A DNA stretch of 64,000 bases. Source: an uncultured Gemmatimonadaceae bacterium (GTDB taxonomy: Bacteria; Gemmatimonadota; Gemmatimonadetes; Gemmatimonadales; Gemmatimonadaceae). The stretch spans positions 327,614-391,613 of the forward strand of contig CAWGJO010000021.1 of the NCBI GenBank assembly GCA_963822945.1, written 5' to 3'. Shown here piece after piece: positions 19,895 to 30,141 of the stretch (the first letter of the stretch is position 1; every line of letters starts with the position of its first letter). The position numbers were made by a program, and so were the translations under genes. The notes below the pieces were generated by a model. It had not been told where the DNA came from. It did no database searches and worked only from the letters and a program-made list of their open reading frames with translations.

Positions 19895-20605
19895 TTATTC
19901 GCCGGCGGCGCGTTCGGCCTCGAAGCGCGCGAAGTGCGGCTCGAGCGCCTCCATCACGCCGCCCGCATCGTCGACACACACCGGGATCTTCATGTCCTGC
20001 GCGTTGGCCAGACCTGCCTCCACCATATTCTTCTCGGCCCACACCACGAGCTCGCGCCACATGTTCCCGACGAAAATCAGCGGCACACCGGATACGTGAC
20101 GCACCTGCAAGAGCTGCCACACCATCATCGTCTCCAGCGTCGTTCCGATGCCGCCAGGCATGATCACGAAGGCGTTGGAGAGGCGCATGAACTGCGCGAG
20201 ACGCGAATAGAACGTGCGGTGGGTGTACAGCTTCTCCACGAATGGATTGGCGCCCTGCTCGAACGGCAGCTCGATACGAATACCGATGGACCGCGTGCGG
20301 TTCTGCGGATCGCCGAGATTCTCCCCCTCGTTGGCAGCTTGCATCAGTCCGGGACCTCCGCCGGTGACGATGTCTGCTCCGCGCGCCGAAAGCCGGGCCG
20401 CGAGATCCTTGACCTGCTCGTACGCGGGAGTGTCGGGCTTCGTGCGCGCCGAGCCGAAGATGGCGACGCGAAAGAACTCCTGCCGCTCCGGGCGAATGCG
20501 GCTGAGGTCGTTGACCACACTCCAGAGTTGGTCCACGGCGTCTTCCACGACTTCCATCGTTTCCTGCGTGGTGCACACCAGACGGTTGAGCTCTCCGTTC
20601 TTCAT
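19895..20605 (-). CDS. LOG-family protein
   Basis: VAIFGSAR, TGGGPGLMQAAN, LPFEQ..N, PGGIGTTLE; AGGAGG RBS. Confidence 0.88.
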   Translation of the reverse strand: MKNGELNRLVCTTQETMEVVEDAVDQLWSVVNDLSRIRPERQEFFRVAIFGSARTKPDTPAYEQVKDLAARLSARGADIVTGGGPGLMQAANEGENLGDPQNRTRSIGIRIELPFEQGANPFVEKLYTHRTFYSRLAQFMRLSNAFVIMPGGIGTTLETMMVWQLLQVRHVSGVPLIFVGNMWRELVVWAEKNMVEAGLANAQDMKIPVCVDDAGGVMEALEPHFARFEAERAAGE

Positions 20606-20617
20606 GCCTTCCTCCTG

Positions 20618-21382
20618 TCAATCGGCAGCGATCCGCACCACACCGCCGCCGACGGGGCGGTCCAGCGCGCGGCGCAGTCCGCGGCGCGCTTGCTCGAACG
20701 CCCGCGCCCCGCGCTCGAGGCGAAAGGGACCCACCCGCGTCAGCCCCTCCACCACCACGGCCACGAGCCCCGGTTGCTTGGGTGCGTCCAGCGCCGGGCT
20801 GTTCTTCTTGCGCCACGGCGAGCGCGACGCCAAGTGGTGATGCAACACCCGCGTGCCCGGCGGCAGCCCAGACAAGCCCGGCCGATCCAGAATCCCGCCG
20901 TCGAGCAGCGGCCTCCCCTCGTGCCAAGTGGGGTGGAACAGGCCCGGCAGCGTACAGGAAGCCTGGATCGCCGGAGCCAACGGTCCCGAGGCGATCACGC
21001 GAGTGCCACGGCCGAGCACGTCGTACACCGACAGCGCCGCCGGCACCCGACAACGCGCAAATTCCGTGACGGGCAAAAGCCCCTCCAACCGCGCTCGGAA
21101 CAGGCGCCCGCGGAGCAATCCGAGACCGGGCCGCGGATCCCAGAAATCCTCGCGCCGAAGAGCGAAGAGCTCATCCCGCAGAGAGGTCGCGTCGAGCCCC
21201 GCGGCCCACAGCCCGCCCACCAGCGCCCCCGCGCTGGCACCGGAGATCCGCTCCGGAGCAAGCCCGGCATCCTCCAACTCGCTCACGAAACCAGCGTGGG
21301 CGAAGAAGCCGAAGAACCCGGCGGACATGGCCAAGGCGAACGGCTCTTGCTGGAGCCACTCGCGCAGCGTCGGCTGAGCCAA
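20618..21382 (-). CDS. Patatin-like phospholipase
   Basis: [29 protein letters not shown] start at 21382 after GGAGG. Confidence 0.85.
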   Translation of the reverse strand: MAQPTLREWLQQEPFALAMSAGFFGFFAHAGFVSELEDAGLAPERISGASAGALVGGLWAAGLDATSLRDELFALRREDFWDPRPGLGLLRGRLFRARLEGLLPVTEFARCRVPAALSVYDVLGRGTRVIASGPLAPAIQASCTLPGLFHPTWHEGRPLLDGGILDRPGLSGLPPGTRVLHHHLASRSPWRKKNSPALDAPKQPGLVAVVVEGLTRVGPFRLERGARAFEQARRGLRRALDRPVGGGVVRIAAD

Positions 21383-21384
21383 GC

Positions 21385-22685
21385 TCAGTCCTCCGGACGC
21401 CGCTTGGAAAACGGAGGTGGGAACAGGCGCTGAGTGCTCTCGCCGCTGAAGTCGAGGCCGTCCCTGCCGCCACCCGGCGCCCGGAGCAAGAGCGTCGCTT
21501 CGTCCAGCCTCAAGCTCTGCACCTGACCCAGGCGCCACAAGAACTTCACGCCGATCACGGGGTTCGCCTGGAACAGCGGATACACCGCGTCCTGGTCGAG
21601 GACCAAGAGCCGCGTTGGCTCCAGTGTCTTGACCGTGGCGGTACGCGGTCGATTGGTGAGCAGCGCCATCTCGCCGAAGTGACTCCCACTCGACAGCGTA
21701 GTCAGCCGTGCGCCGCCCTTTTCCACACTCACGCGACCCGCCGCGATGATGTATAGCGCCTTGCTGGCTTCCCCCTCCGCCAGCACCGTGACGCCACCCT
21801 CCAGCTCCTCGGTGCGCAGGGCACTGGCCACCTCCAAGAGCTCCGGGTACTCCAGCTCCCCGAACAGCTCCATGGCGGAGAGCGCGGAGAGATCCTCGTA
21901 CACCCGGCTCAATCGCTCTTCCCCGGCGGCGTCCTCGGCTTCGATGTGCACCACCACGGCGGTGATGTTGTCCTCACCGCCGCACTGGTTGGCGTAGTCC
22001 ACCAGGCGATCGGCAATGCCCTCGCCCTCGATCAGGTCCCCGAGGCCCTGACTCGTGTAGTCGAAGTAGCCGTGCAGTCCGTCACTGCACACCAGGTAGG
22101 CATCTCCCGGCAGCACGTCGAACTCCAATGTGTCCACCTGAACCCGTTCCTGCGGCCCTACCGCGCGCATCAACAGGTTCGACGGGAACGCCTCCAGCGC
22201 CTGCTCCCGGGTGTAGCCGCGCATCATGGCATCCGCCACGAAGCTGTGATCCATGGAAAGCTGGTGAAGCTGCCCGCCGCGTTTCAGGTACAGCCGCGAA
22301 TCCCCCACGTGCGCCAACACACCGCGCTGCCCGCGAATGGACAGCACGGTGCAGGTGGTGCCCGCCCCTCGCGCTTGTGGATCCCGTAGCCCAAGCGATG
22401 CACCGCCGTGTTGGCGGCCTCGACTGCTCGGCGCAATACCTCCACGACGTGCGCCGCCTTGAACGGATCCAGCGGCTCTTCGTGGCTTTCCGCCTTGCCC
22501 AGCTCCGAGCGAACGGTTTCTTGGATTGTCTCGGCCGCCAGCGCCGAAGCTACTTCCCCCGCAGCGTGCCCGCCCATCCCATCGCACACGACATAGAGGC
22601 CGAGATCGTCGTCGACGAGATAGCGGTCCTCGTTGTGGTCTCGCCGCCGACCGACGTCGCTCTGCGCCTCCGCTCGGATTTTCAC
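21385..22685 (-). CDS. PP2C-family Ser/Thr phosphatase with C-terminal cNMP-binding domain; frameshift at 22390-22392
   Basis: [18 protein letters not shown] in one frame; [34 protein letters not shown] in the other; adding one G to a G run joins them ([14 protein letters not shown]). Confidence 0.88.
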
Positions 22686-22756
22686 GGACACAAGATAGCC
22701 GACGCGTCTCGACGCCCAAAGCATCGCATCCGGATGCGGAGAATTCGGGGGTCTTT

Positions 22757-22778
22757 TCGTTGGTCCGGCGCGGAACCG
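22757..22778 (-). repeat. Dispersed ~22-bp repeat, copy B
   Basis: TCGTTGGTCCGGCGCGGAACCG; 22759-22779 is a perfect 21-bp inverted repeat of 24607-24627. Confidence 0.85.
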
Positions 22779-22841
22779 ACGGGGTCCGCGGATAACGGAT
22801 GTGCGCGGGCGAAGCGCGACGGTTATCCTCGCCTCGCATCG

Positions 22842-24602
22842 ATGTGGTGGAGGCAGAGGCGCAGGGACCCACCCGGCGAGCTGGCACGTGCGCTCGCGTC
22901 GGCGACCCGCGCGCGGATCATCGAAGGCGGCGTGGCCGATGGCAAGGCCCTGGGCCAGCGCGTGGCGCTGGAGCTCGAGGGCGAGCAAGCTCGAACGCTC
23001 GCAGAGTACCTGCGTGTCGTTCCTGAACAGCAGCCGTTTTACTGCATGTGTCGTGGCGACTGGGGCATCGAGCTGTACGCCGGCAATTCTCGTCTGGTGA
23101 CCATCGGCCTGCATCACGGCCGCTCCATCCGCGTGGACACCTGGAGCTCCGACGCTCTACTGGCCGACGGCGAAGGGCTGCTCCGGTTTCTCGCCCAGCG
23201 CGGGCTCCGCGAGCCGCTGACTGCTTTCGAAGCGGATCGCGCCGCGGCGGCTCGCTTCGCCGATGCGCGCGCGCGTTGGCTGGCCGCGACCCCCAAACCG
23301 CTCGTCGACTTGCTGAGCGCCCTAGAAGGCGCAGGCCTGCTGAAGCCCAAGAGTGAAGGGGTGCTGGAAGCCCTGAAACGACTGGAGGATTCTGGCGCCG
23401 AGCCGACCAGCGCGCTGCTCGCCTGGTACGCAGCGGGGCTCGGGCCGTGGAACGGCTTCCCCAGCTACGAGGGCGTGGCCTGTGCGCTGCTGGCGGGGCT
23501 CGGCGCTGAACGCGTCGCGCGCGCAGCCGAAGCGACGACCAACGAAAGCGAGCTGTTTGCGGCGGCGCGCTTCTTTGCGCGCTGGGGCGCGCCCCCGAAA
23601 GAGCGCCGACTACTGACCCCGGCGCTGGCGGAGCGCCTGCGCGCGGTCACCCAGGCGCGCGGCGATGCCGATGCCCAGACCCGGATCCAGGCGGCACTCG
23701 CGCCCCTGGATGTGCCGGCAGACGGCCCCAGCCTGGGACGCGCGGAAAACGATCGGGACTTCGCCTTCGTGGTGGCCGTTAACCTCCCCACTCCCCGTCC
23801 GGCGCTGGTTGTCCTCGACGGCAGCGAGCTGGTGCTCCTGGAAGGCGGACAGCGTCGCGTGCTCCTAACCGGGCTCCGCTCCGTCGGGGCCGTCGCCACC
23901 AGCGGCCCCCGCGTCGTCTTGACGCGACTCGACCGCTGCGAGGTCGTCATGGTGGATCCGAAAAGCGGCGACGCAGAGACCTTGGCGGAGAACGTCTCCG
24001 AAGCTCGCTGCCTGGCGGTTTCGGGCGAGCGCGTGGCGTGGATTGAGAAACGGAACGGCTGGCTGGTCCGCGAGCTGGGGCGCGACCAACCCTGGGCCAA
24101 GGTGGACGATCGCGCTTGGGATTTGCGGATCGCGGGCGCCGCCCCGGTGTGGGGGCGCGCGTACTCAGGGGTGTTCGGAGTTGGCCAGCGCTACGAGACG
24201 GAAATCGTCACGGTCGGCTCCCGGGGCAAGGTCAAGACGCTGGCCCGCTTCACCGGCGACGAGAACTACGTGTATCCGCGGTTCGATGCCGACGCGACAC
24301 GCATCGCCTGCCTCACCGGTCGCGAGGTGACCCTCGTGGATCGCGTGAGCGGCACGCGGCGGCCCTTGGGACTGGCGCGCCGGGTGGAGAGCGTGGCCCT
24401 CGACGGCAATGCGCTGTGGGTCATCGCCCTGACTGAGGACCGCTACGGCGGCGAGCTACTCCGCATCGACCTGCGGACCGGCGCCAGCGACAGCCGGCTG
24501 AGCTACCGCCGGATGCTCTACCATCAAGAGAGGCTGTCGCTCGCGGCCAACCACGTGGGCTGGAACGTCGGCGGCACGGCGCTGTGCGTGCCCCGCGGCT
24601 GA
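22842..24602 (+). CDS. Hypothetical protein (helical N-half, probable beta-propeller C-half)
   Basis: ATG 22842; long ORF with GC3 bias; C-half has repeated short beta strands. Confidence 0.65.
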   Translation: MWWRQRRRDPPGELARALASATRARIIEGGVADGKALGQRVALELEGEQARTLAEYLRVVPEQQPFYCMCRGDWGIELYAGNSRLVTIGLHHGRSIRVDTWSSDALLADGEGLLRFLAQRGLREPLTAFEADRAAAARFADARARWLAATPKPLVDLLSALEGAGLLKPKSEGVLEALKRLEDSGAEPTSALLAWYAAGLGPWNGFPSYEGVACALLAGLGAERVARAAEATTNESELFAAARFFARWGAPPKERRLLTPALAERLRAVTQARGDADAQTRIQAALAPLDVPADGPSLGRAENDRDFAFVVAVNLPTPRPALVVLDGSELVLLEGGQRRVLLTGLRSVGAVATSGPRVVLTRLDRCEVVMVDPKSGDAETLAENVSEARCLAVSGERVAWIEKRNGWLVRELGRDQPWAKVDDRAWDLRIAGAAPVWGRAYSGVFGVGQRYETEIVTVGSRGKVKTLARFTGDENYVYPRFDADATRIACLTGREVTLVDRVSGTRRPLGLARRVESVALDGNALWVIALTEDRYGGELLRIDLRTGASDSRLSYRRMLYHQERLSLAANHVGWNVGGTALCVPRG

Positions 24603-24607
24603 GGGCT

Positions 24608-24629
24608 CGGTTCCGCGCCGGACCAACAA
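24608..24629 (+). repeat. Dispersed ~22-bp repeat, copy C
   Basis: CGGTTCCGCGCCGGACCAACAA. Confidence 0.85.
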
Positions 24630-24824
24630 TCTCTCGATCCAGGACCGAAAAGGCCTCGCGCCGGCTGCTGCGGCGCCAGGGTCGAGAAAAGCAAGACGTC
24701 GGACGTGGGCGGCTGAGGTCAGGGCGCCTTGGCCGGCCCCGATGCCGCCGCGGCCACGGCCGTCGTCACTGCTGCGGAAACCACGACGAGAACTGCAACT
24801 GCCAATGCCACGGGGCTGTTCCTT

Positions 24825-26027
24825 TCATCCAGGGCGCCCATCCACGCGCGGTGAGAGCAGCATGGGGGCGTAGCTCACGAGGTACGCTGCGAAGGACAGC
24901 GCCCACAGACTGCCCGCGATGGCGAGCAGCGAGATTTGAGAAGTGCCGGAGAGCGGCGCGATGACGCGGAGCACGGTGGCCGCGGTGATCACGGCAAAGG
25001 CCACGGCCACGGGCTTGGGTGCCGCCAGCATGCGACCGGTGTGACCCAGGGACACCCGCGCCATCATGCCCAGGGTGAGCGCACCAATGGCGCCGGCGGT
25101 GAGGGCATGCAGGCCCATGCTGGACGGAACCGCGTCGGAAAAGACGCTGACGCCCCGGAGCACGAGACCGATGGCCAACCAGGCATGGCCCAGGTGCAGG
25201 ATCCACAGCAGCGGAGTACCGAGGGTATGCCGCGCACCCCAGCGCCAGGCGCGAGCTGCGACCACGACACCGGCCAACAAGGTGAAGCCGCCGGCGAGCT
25301 CGGAACCGGGCTTCAGAACGTCGGTGGCGATCACCAGAACCATGGCGGCGATGGCCGCGCGATCCAGAACCGGAATGTTCGCGATGCCTTCGGCGCGCGT
25401 TGCATTACGCGTGAACATGGGGACGACCCGCGCGCTGACGATCACGATGACGATAGTCACCAGATCCACGCCCAGCAGGCTGCCAAGGCGCTCCCAGCCC
25501 GGCAGGATGCCGAGCGCGCCCAGATGCACGCTGAAGTTGGCGGCGAACAGTGCCGTCAAGATCGCGATGAAGCCGTAGTTGCGCCGGTTCTTGGACAGCA
25601 GGATTGGCCGCGCGCAAGTGGCAGCCAGCGCCGGCAGAAACGCCAGGTCGAGGGCCGCGGGTAGCTGTCGCGGCAACCTGTCCGCGAACAGCACCGCGAC
25701 CCGCCCGGCGAGCCACAACGCGCACAACAGCGCCAGTGGCATTCCCACGGCCGTCTCGCGTTTGGTCCAGTTGCCCACGGCGGTGAGCAGGAAGCCGGCG
25801 ATCACCGCGACCGAGAAGCCGAACACCATCTCGTGGGCATGCCAGCCCATGGCTCCGAGGTACGCGCCAGGATCCAGCTTGCCGTACAGCACCAACACCC
25901 ACACCGGCAGGGTCACCACGGCGTAGGCCGCCGCGAGCAAGAAGAAGGGACGGAAGCCCTTCGCCAAGATCGCAGGCCGCGCCGGGTCGGCCTCTAGTGT
26001 GGGGTGGATCAATGAACGCTGCGGCAC
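24825..26027 (-). CDS. nnrS: NnrS-family membrane protein
   Basis: GFRPFFL, WHAHEMVFGF, GFLLTAV.NW, N.RN, RVVPMFT, H.LT.G, MMARVSLGHTGR, PRVDG. Confidence 0.93.
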   Translation of the reverse strand: MPQRSLIHPTLEADPARPAILAKGFRPFFLLAAAYAVVTLPVWVLVLYGKLDPGAYLGAMGWHAHEMVFGFSVAVIAGFLLTAVGNWTKRETAVGMPLALLCALWLAGRVAVLFADRLPRQLPAALDLAFLPALAATCARPILLSKNRRNYGFIAILTALFAANFSVHLGALGILPGWERLGSLLGVDLVTIVIVIVSARVVPMFTRNATRAEGIANIPVLDRAAIAAMVLVIATDVLKPGSELAGGFTLLAGVVVAARAWRWGARHTLGTPLLWILHLGHAWLAIGLVLRGVSVFSDAVPSSMGLHALTAGAIGALTLGMMARVSLGHTGRMLAAPKPVAVAFAVITAATVLRVIAPLSGTSQISLLAIAGSLWALSFAAYLVSYAPMLLSPRVDGRPG

Positions 26028-26221
26028 AGGGAACGCGCCGCAGTGAGCAATCCGCGTTCCATGCGAAATCCCCGATAACTCACGTTAGGGAACGAACTTT
26101 TAGCGCGCCCGCGCGGGTCCAAACATGACCAAGCGCAATTTTCGCGTGGTCTTGTGCGAGGGGGGGTAGCCAGTGCGCCGCCGCCCCGCACCTCGATGAG
26201 CGCACTGGTAGGCTGCCGCCA

Positions 26222-27118
26222 ATGGTCCGGCACCGCCTGCTGCTCGCTGCGTGGGTCTTCGCCCTGCTGCTGGCCTGCCGCCACGCCAAGAAGCCCAGCG
26301 ACTGGGATGAGGAGCCCGTAGAGCCCGGGCACTTCTTGATCGAAATCGACGGCACCGGCGACAACGACGTCTGGGTGCTCAGCAACAGCGCCACGTACCA
26401 CTACGACGGCGGTCGCTGGAGCGCGCACCATCTGGTAGCGCGCAAGCTCTCCGCAGTGGCACCGGACGACGTCTGGTTCGGCGGCTACATGGGGACCGTC
26501 GTCCACTACGACGGCAGGAAGTTCGAGAGCTTCACCATCGAGCCGGCGAAGAAGGCCTACCGGGACGTCTCGTCGGTCGCGGCCTGGCCTGGCGAAGTGT
26601 GGGTCGCGTTCAATGAACCGGGCTACTACCGGCACGAAGGCGCCGACTGGGTACGTGTCGAGCCGAGCGCGCTCCGCGGCTGGAAGATCGACCACTTCTG
26701 GGGAAAGACCAAGACGGACGTGTGGGCCGCGCTCAACCGGCCGGGAAGCGCGAAGGTCGCTCACCTCGAAAACGGAACTTGGACCATCTACGACAAGCCT
26801 GGTGGCAGCGTGTTCGCAGGATCAGCGACGGACGACGTGTGGTTCCGAAGCGTGGGCGGGATGGTGCACTGGGACGGCAGCAAGCTGACGGACCATGCCA
26901 TCCCCCAGCCGAAGGCGCGCCTGTACGGGATCGCGGTGCGTTCGCCGAAGGATGCGCTGGCTGTGGGCGCTCGCGGTGTCGCGCTGCGTTGGGACGGCTC
27001 GAGCTGGAACGCACTGCCCGCGGTCTCCAACTACGAGCTCGTTCGCGCGTTCGTGGCGCCGGGCGCACGCTATCGGGCTCTGTTCCGTGGCAGCGTGCTG
27101 GTGAGCAACAGGCCCTGA
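26222..27118 (+). CDS. Hypothetical lipoprotein with repeated 'DVW...H(Y/W)DG' blades (beta-propeller)
   Basis: Lipobox LLAC; recurring NDVW/DDVW/EVW/TDVW and HYDG/HWDG/RWDG motifs. Confidence 0.75.
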   Translation: MVRHRLLLAAWVFALLLACRHAKKPSDWDEEPVEPGHFLIEIDGTGDNDVWVLSNSATYHYDGGRWSAHHLVARKLSAVAPDDVWFGGYMGTVVHYDGRKFESFTIEPAKKAYRDVSSVAAWPGEVWVAFNEPGYYRHEGADWVRVEPSALRGWKIDHFWGKTKTDVWAALNRPGSAKVAHLENGTWTIYDKPGGSVFAGSATDDVWFRSVGGMVHWDGSKLTDHAIPQPKARLYGIAVRSPKDALAVGARGVALRWDGSSWNALPAVSNYELVRAFVAPGARYRALFRGSVLVSNRP

Positions 27119-27125
27119 GCCGGCG

Positions 27126-28421
27126 CTAGCGCCCGGCGGCTCGGGCGGCGCGCCGATAGAACCAACCCGAGAACGGTTGCGTTCCGCCGATGGGCACGTA
27201 CGCCGCCTTGTTGTGGAGCAGCACCCCGTCGGCGAAGTAGGTGTGCGGCGGATCCACCGCAATGTCGAATACCGTTGCCGCTGCGATTTCCCTGGTGACG
27301 GTCGCTCGGGCGATTCCCGTCGGTGTCACCAGCTCGGCCCCCGAACGAACGTCCCGCGCAAGAACCCACTGCCCGTCGGCGTATACCGGATGATTGCCGG
27401 TGACTCGCAGACGACCGATCGCCCACAGCCTTTCGGCGTATGCGGTCTGGATGCCACGCACCAGGCTCGTGGTCCGGGTGTGCGACGTCTCGTCGTAGCT
27501 GACCACGAGATCGCCCACGCGAAGCGCCTCCACCGGGACCGGTCCGGAAGGAGTCGCTATGCGCGTCCCGCCGGCCACGCACGTGAAGTGCTGGAACTCG
27601 TCGACGAAGAGCTGCTTCCCGGACGGATTGGACAGGACCTCGACGACGTTGACGTCGTAGCGCTCTCGATCGTCTCGCAACGTGAAGCGCATCCAGCGGT
27701 TGCCGTCCACGTCATCCACGGTGGGTGCACTCGGCTTGGGCGGTGCCGCAAGGGAGTGGCTCTTGGCGACCGCTTTTGCCGTCAGGGCCTCGAGCTCGTC
27801 GATGCTCTTCATGGCGTCGCCGCGCTGCTTCACTTCGAACCGAAGTGGCTTCGACGAGACGGCAATCACGCGCTCCTTCGTCTTCAGCTCGCCCGCCAAG
27901 GCAAACGAATACTTGCCGGGGGTAGCGAACAACCCTGTCGCAGGCTCGTTCCACTCGCGATCCCCCAACCCCTTGTCGCCAACGCTCAGGTTTTGGACCA
28001 AGCTGGCCAGCGGCCAAGCCACCGGCCGTTCTTTCTTCGGCGCGACGCTGAGCTTTCTCGTCTTCCCGTCCGGGCCTTCGATCACGAACACGAGACCGAG
28101 CACGGCTTCGGACCAATCGAGTTGCTCCCGGTACCAAGGAGCGCTGCGCGCGGGTTTGACCGACGGGCGAAATTGCAGCGCGACATGCAGGGGCTCGCCG
28201 GTCGCAATGGTGCTCACCAGCAGTCGAAGCTCCGTGACGACTCCCGCCCGGACCTCTCCCCGCGCCGAATTGTCCCGAATCGGAGGGCGACTCGGGGCGG
28301 GCGGAGGCGCAGACGGTGGAGGGCGGCTCGAACGCGCGGACCGTGTGGTGCTCACGCGGGCTTTGTCTTCACAGCCGGACAAGGCCAAGACGAACACGAG
28401 CCCCATGGCCAATCTGCGCAT
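27126..28421 (-). CDS. Lipoprotein with C-terminal Hint (intein-like) domain
   Basis: Lipobox LSGC; Hint motifs CVAGGTRIATP...EALRVGDLV, LRVTGNHP, VFDIAV..HTYFADGVLLHN at 27210-27581. Confidence 0.85.
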   Translation of the reverse strand: MRRLAMGLVFVLALSGCEDKARVSTTRSARSSRPPPSAPPPAPSRPPIRDNSARGEVRAGVVTELRLLVSTIATGEPLHVALQFRPSVKPARSAPWYREQLDWSEAVLGLVFVIEGPDGKTRKLSVAPKKERPVAWPLASLVQNLSVGDKGLGDREWNEPATGLFATPGKYSFALAGELKTKERVIAVSSKPLRFEVKQRGDAMKSIDELEALTAKAVAKSHSLAAPPKPSAPTVDDVDGNRWMRFTLRDDRERYDVNVVEVLSNPSGKQLFVDEFQHFTCVAGGTRIATPSGPVPVEALRVGDLVVSYDETSHTRTTSLVRGIQTAYAERLWAIGRLRVTGNHPVYADGQWVLARDVRSGAELVTPTGIARATVTREIAAATVFDIAVDPPHTYFADGVLLHNKAAYVPIGGTQPFSGWFYRRAARAAGR

Positions 28422-28455
28422 GCGCCAACATACCAACAATCGGGGTACTTGGTTT

Positions 28456-28477
28456 TTGTCGCTGCTTCGCGGAACCG
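28456..28477 (-). repeat. Dispersed ~22-bp repeat, copy E (degenerate)
   Basis: TTGTCGCTGCTTCGCGGAACCG, 3 mismatches to consensus. Confidence 0.6.
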
Positions 28478-28490
28478 TCGCGGCCACCCC

Positions 28491-30002
28491 TCACGCGGCC
28501 GCGGACTGAAACAGCCTCGCCTTGAGCGCCGAGAGCAGAGCCAGCGCCGGCGAGAGCGCCGTCCGTTCGAGCGCCGGCGAGACTCCATGCAGCGCCCGCG
28601 AGGTCTCGAACAGCGCGCGCTTGGCGACCCGCGCCGGCCGCGAGCTCTTCTGCAAGTCGTGGAGCCACATGAACTCGAACACGTCTTCGATCTTCTTTCG
28701 CACGTCCGGCACGTAGTGGAAGAAGTCCGCGTCCATCACGGCGCCGCGGGTAAAAAGCTCTGTCTGATAGTAGGCGTGACGGTGGCGGTCGGGCGCGTCG
28801 AAGCTGCGCTCGCGGCTCAGCCACCAGCCCTCGAGGTCGTACGCATCCTTGTGGTCGTCGTAGATCTGGGTCCCGGGGAACGGGATGAGTATCGAGGCGA
28901 TGGCCGGATGGAAGCGCGCCACGTGGGGCGCAAGCTCCCGCATCAGTCGCTGGGTCGCGTCGATGGACTCCACCGTGTCCCAGGGGAAACCGAGGATGAA
29001 GAAGACACAGGTGCGGATCCCGCTCGCCGCCGTCAGCTCCACCATGCGACGCGCGCGAGCCACGTCGTGCGGCTTGTGGATCTTCTTGAGCGTCTCGGGG
29101 TGGCCGCTCTCGATTCCGTAGTCGATTTGTACGCAGCCCGCGCGCGCCAGAGTGCCCAGCAGGTCTTCGTCCACCCGATCAACGCGAGTCATCATGCTCC
29201 AGGTGAGGCCCAACCCGCTGTCCATGAGCCCCTCGCAGATCTCGAGCATGCGAGGACGGTTGACAGTCATCGCGTCATCCATGAAGTGGAAATGGCGCGT
29301 GCCATAACGCTGGTACAGCTCGGTCATCTCGCCCAGCACGCTGGCCGCCGAGCGGAAGCGGAAACGCCGGCCAAACAGCCCCCCCGCGCAATAGGCACAC
29401 TTGGCAGGGCAGCCACGAGACGAGAACAGATTCATGTGCAGCGCGGGGTTTTCAGGACCGCCGTATTCGTCGGCGTCCACCAAATGCCGGGCCGGCGCGG
29501 GCAACGCATCCAGATCCGCCACGGGCGGGCGCGCGGCACCATGGACGATTCGTCCCTCGTCGTCGCGGTACACCCAACCCGCCACCTGCTCCTTGGGCAT
29601 CTGCCCGGTGAGCGCACGGACCGCCTCGACGATGGTCGGCTCGCCCTCGCCCACGACGGTCGCGTCGAAGCCGTGCTCCAGGGGCTCTTCCGGGAGAAGC
29701 GTGGCGTGGGGACCTCCAGCCAAGAGCTTGGCGCCGCTGCCGGACAACAGCGAGGCCAGTCGATACGCCTCGCGCGCGATGGGCGTGACCAGCGTCACGC
29801 CGATCACGTCCGGCCGCTCCGCATGGGCAACGCGTGTGATTTCCTCGCTGCTTCGCTTCCGTGCGGTAGCGTTCGCATCGAGCAGTCGCACCTCGTGCCC
29901 TGCGCCCTCGAGGACCGCGCCGAGCATCGTCAGCGCTGCCGGACAGCTCTCGTGGAATTGAGTGCGAGAAGGCGGGTAGACGAGCAGGATTTTCTTCGGC
30001 AT
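28491..30002 (-). CDS. Cobalamin-binding (class B-type) radical SAM protein
   Basis: ILLVYPP, GGPHAT, VGEGE, SSRGCPAKCAYC, FMDD, GIESG, FILGFP, PFPGT. Confidence 0.92.
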   Translation of the reverse strand: MPKKILLVYPPSRTQFHESCPAALTMLGAVLEGAGHEVRLLDANATARKRSSEEITRVAHAERPDVIGVTLVTPIAREAYRLASLLSGSGAKLLAGGPHATLLPEEPLEHGFDATVVGEGEPTIVEAVRALTGQMPKEQVAGWVYRDDEGRIVHGAARPPVADLDALPAPARHLVDADEYGGPENPALHMNLFSSRGCPAKCAYCAGGLFGRRFRFRSAASVLGEMTELYQRYGTRHFHFMDDAMTVNRPRMLEICEGLMDSGLGLTWSMMTRVDRVDEDLLGTLARAGCVQIDYGIESGHPETLKKIHKPHDVARARRMVELTAASGIRTCVFFILGFPWDTVESIDATQRLMRELAPHVARFHPAIASILIPFPGTQIYDDHKDAYDLEGWWLSRERSFDAPDRHRHAYYQTELFTRGAVMDADFFHYVPDVRKKIEDVFEFMWLHDLQKSSRPARVAKRALFETSRALHGVSPALERTALSPALALLSALKARLFQSAAA

Positions 30003-30141
30003 CCGAACCCCTCCGCGTGGACGTCCCGGCTCGATGCGCGCAAGGTTCGTACCATCGCGCGGTCGCGATTGTTCGCGCGCGCCTACGACACGCTGGCGCA
30101 ACGCAGGCGGGCGCCGCCCTCCGGCCGGCAATTTTCGCGCG

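Noticed and set aside
19863..21053. N-terminal 397 aa of the 923-aa ORF 18282..21053
   Set aside because: Overlaps the LOG and patatin genes in another frame; the real start is the lipoprotein signal at 19862
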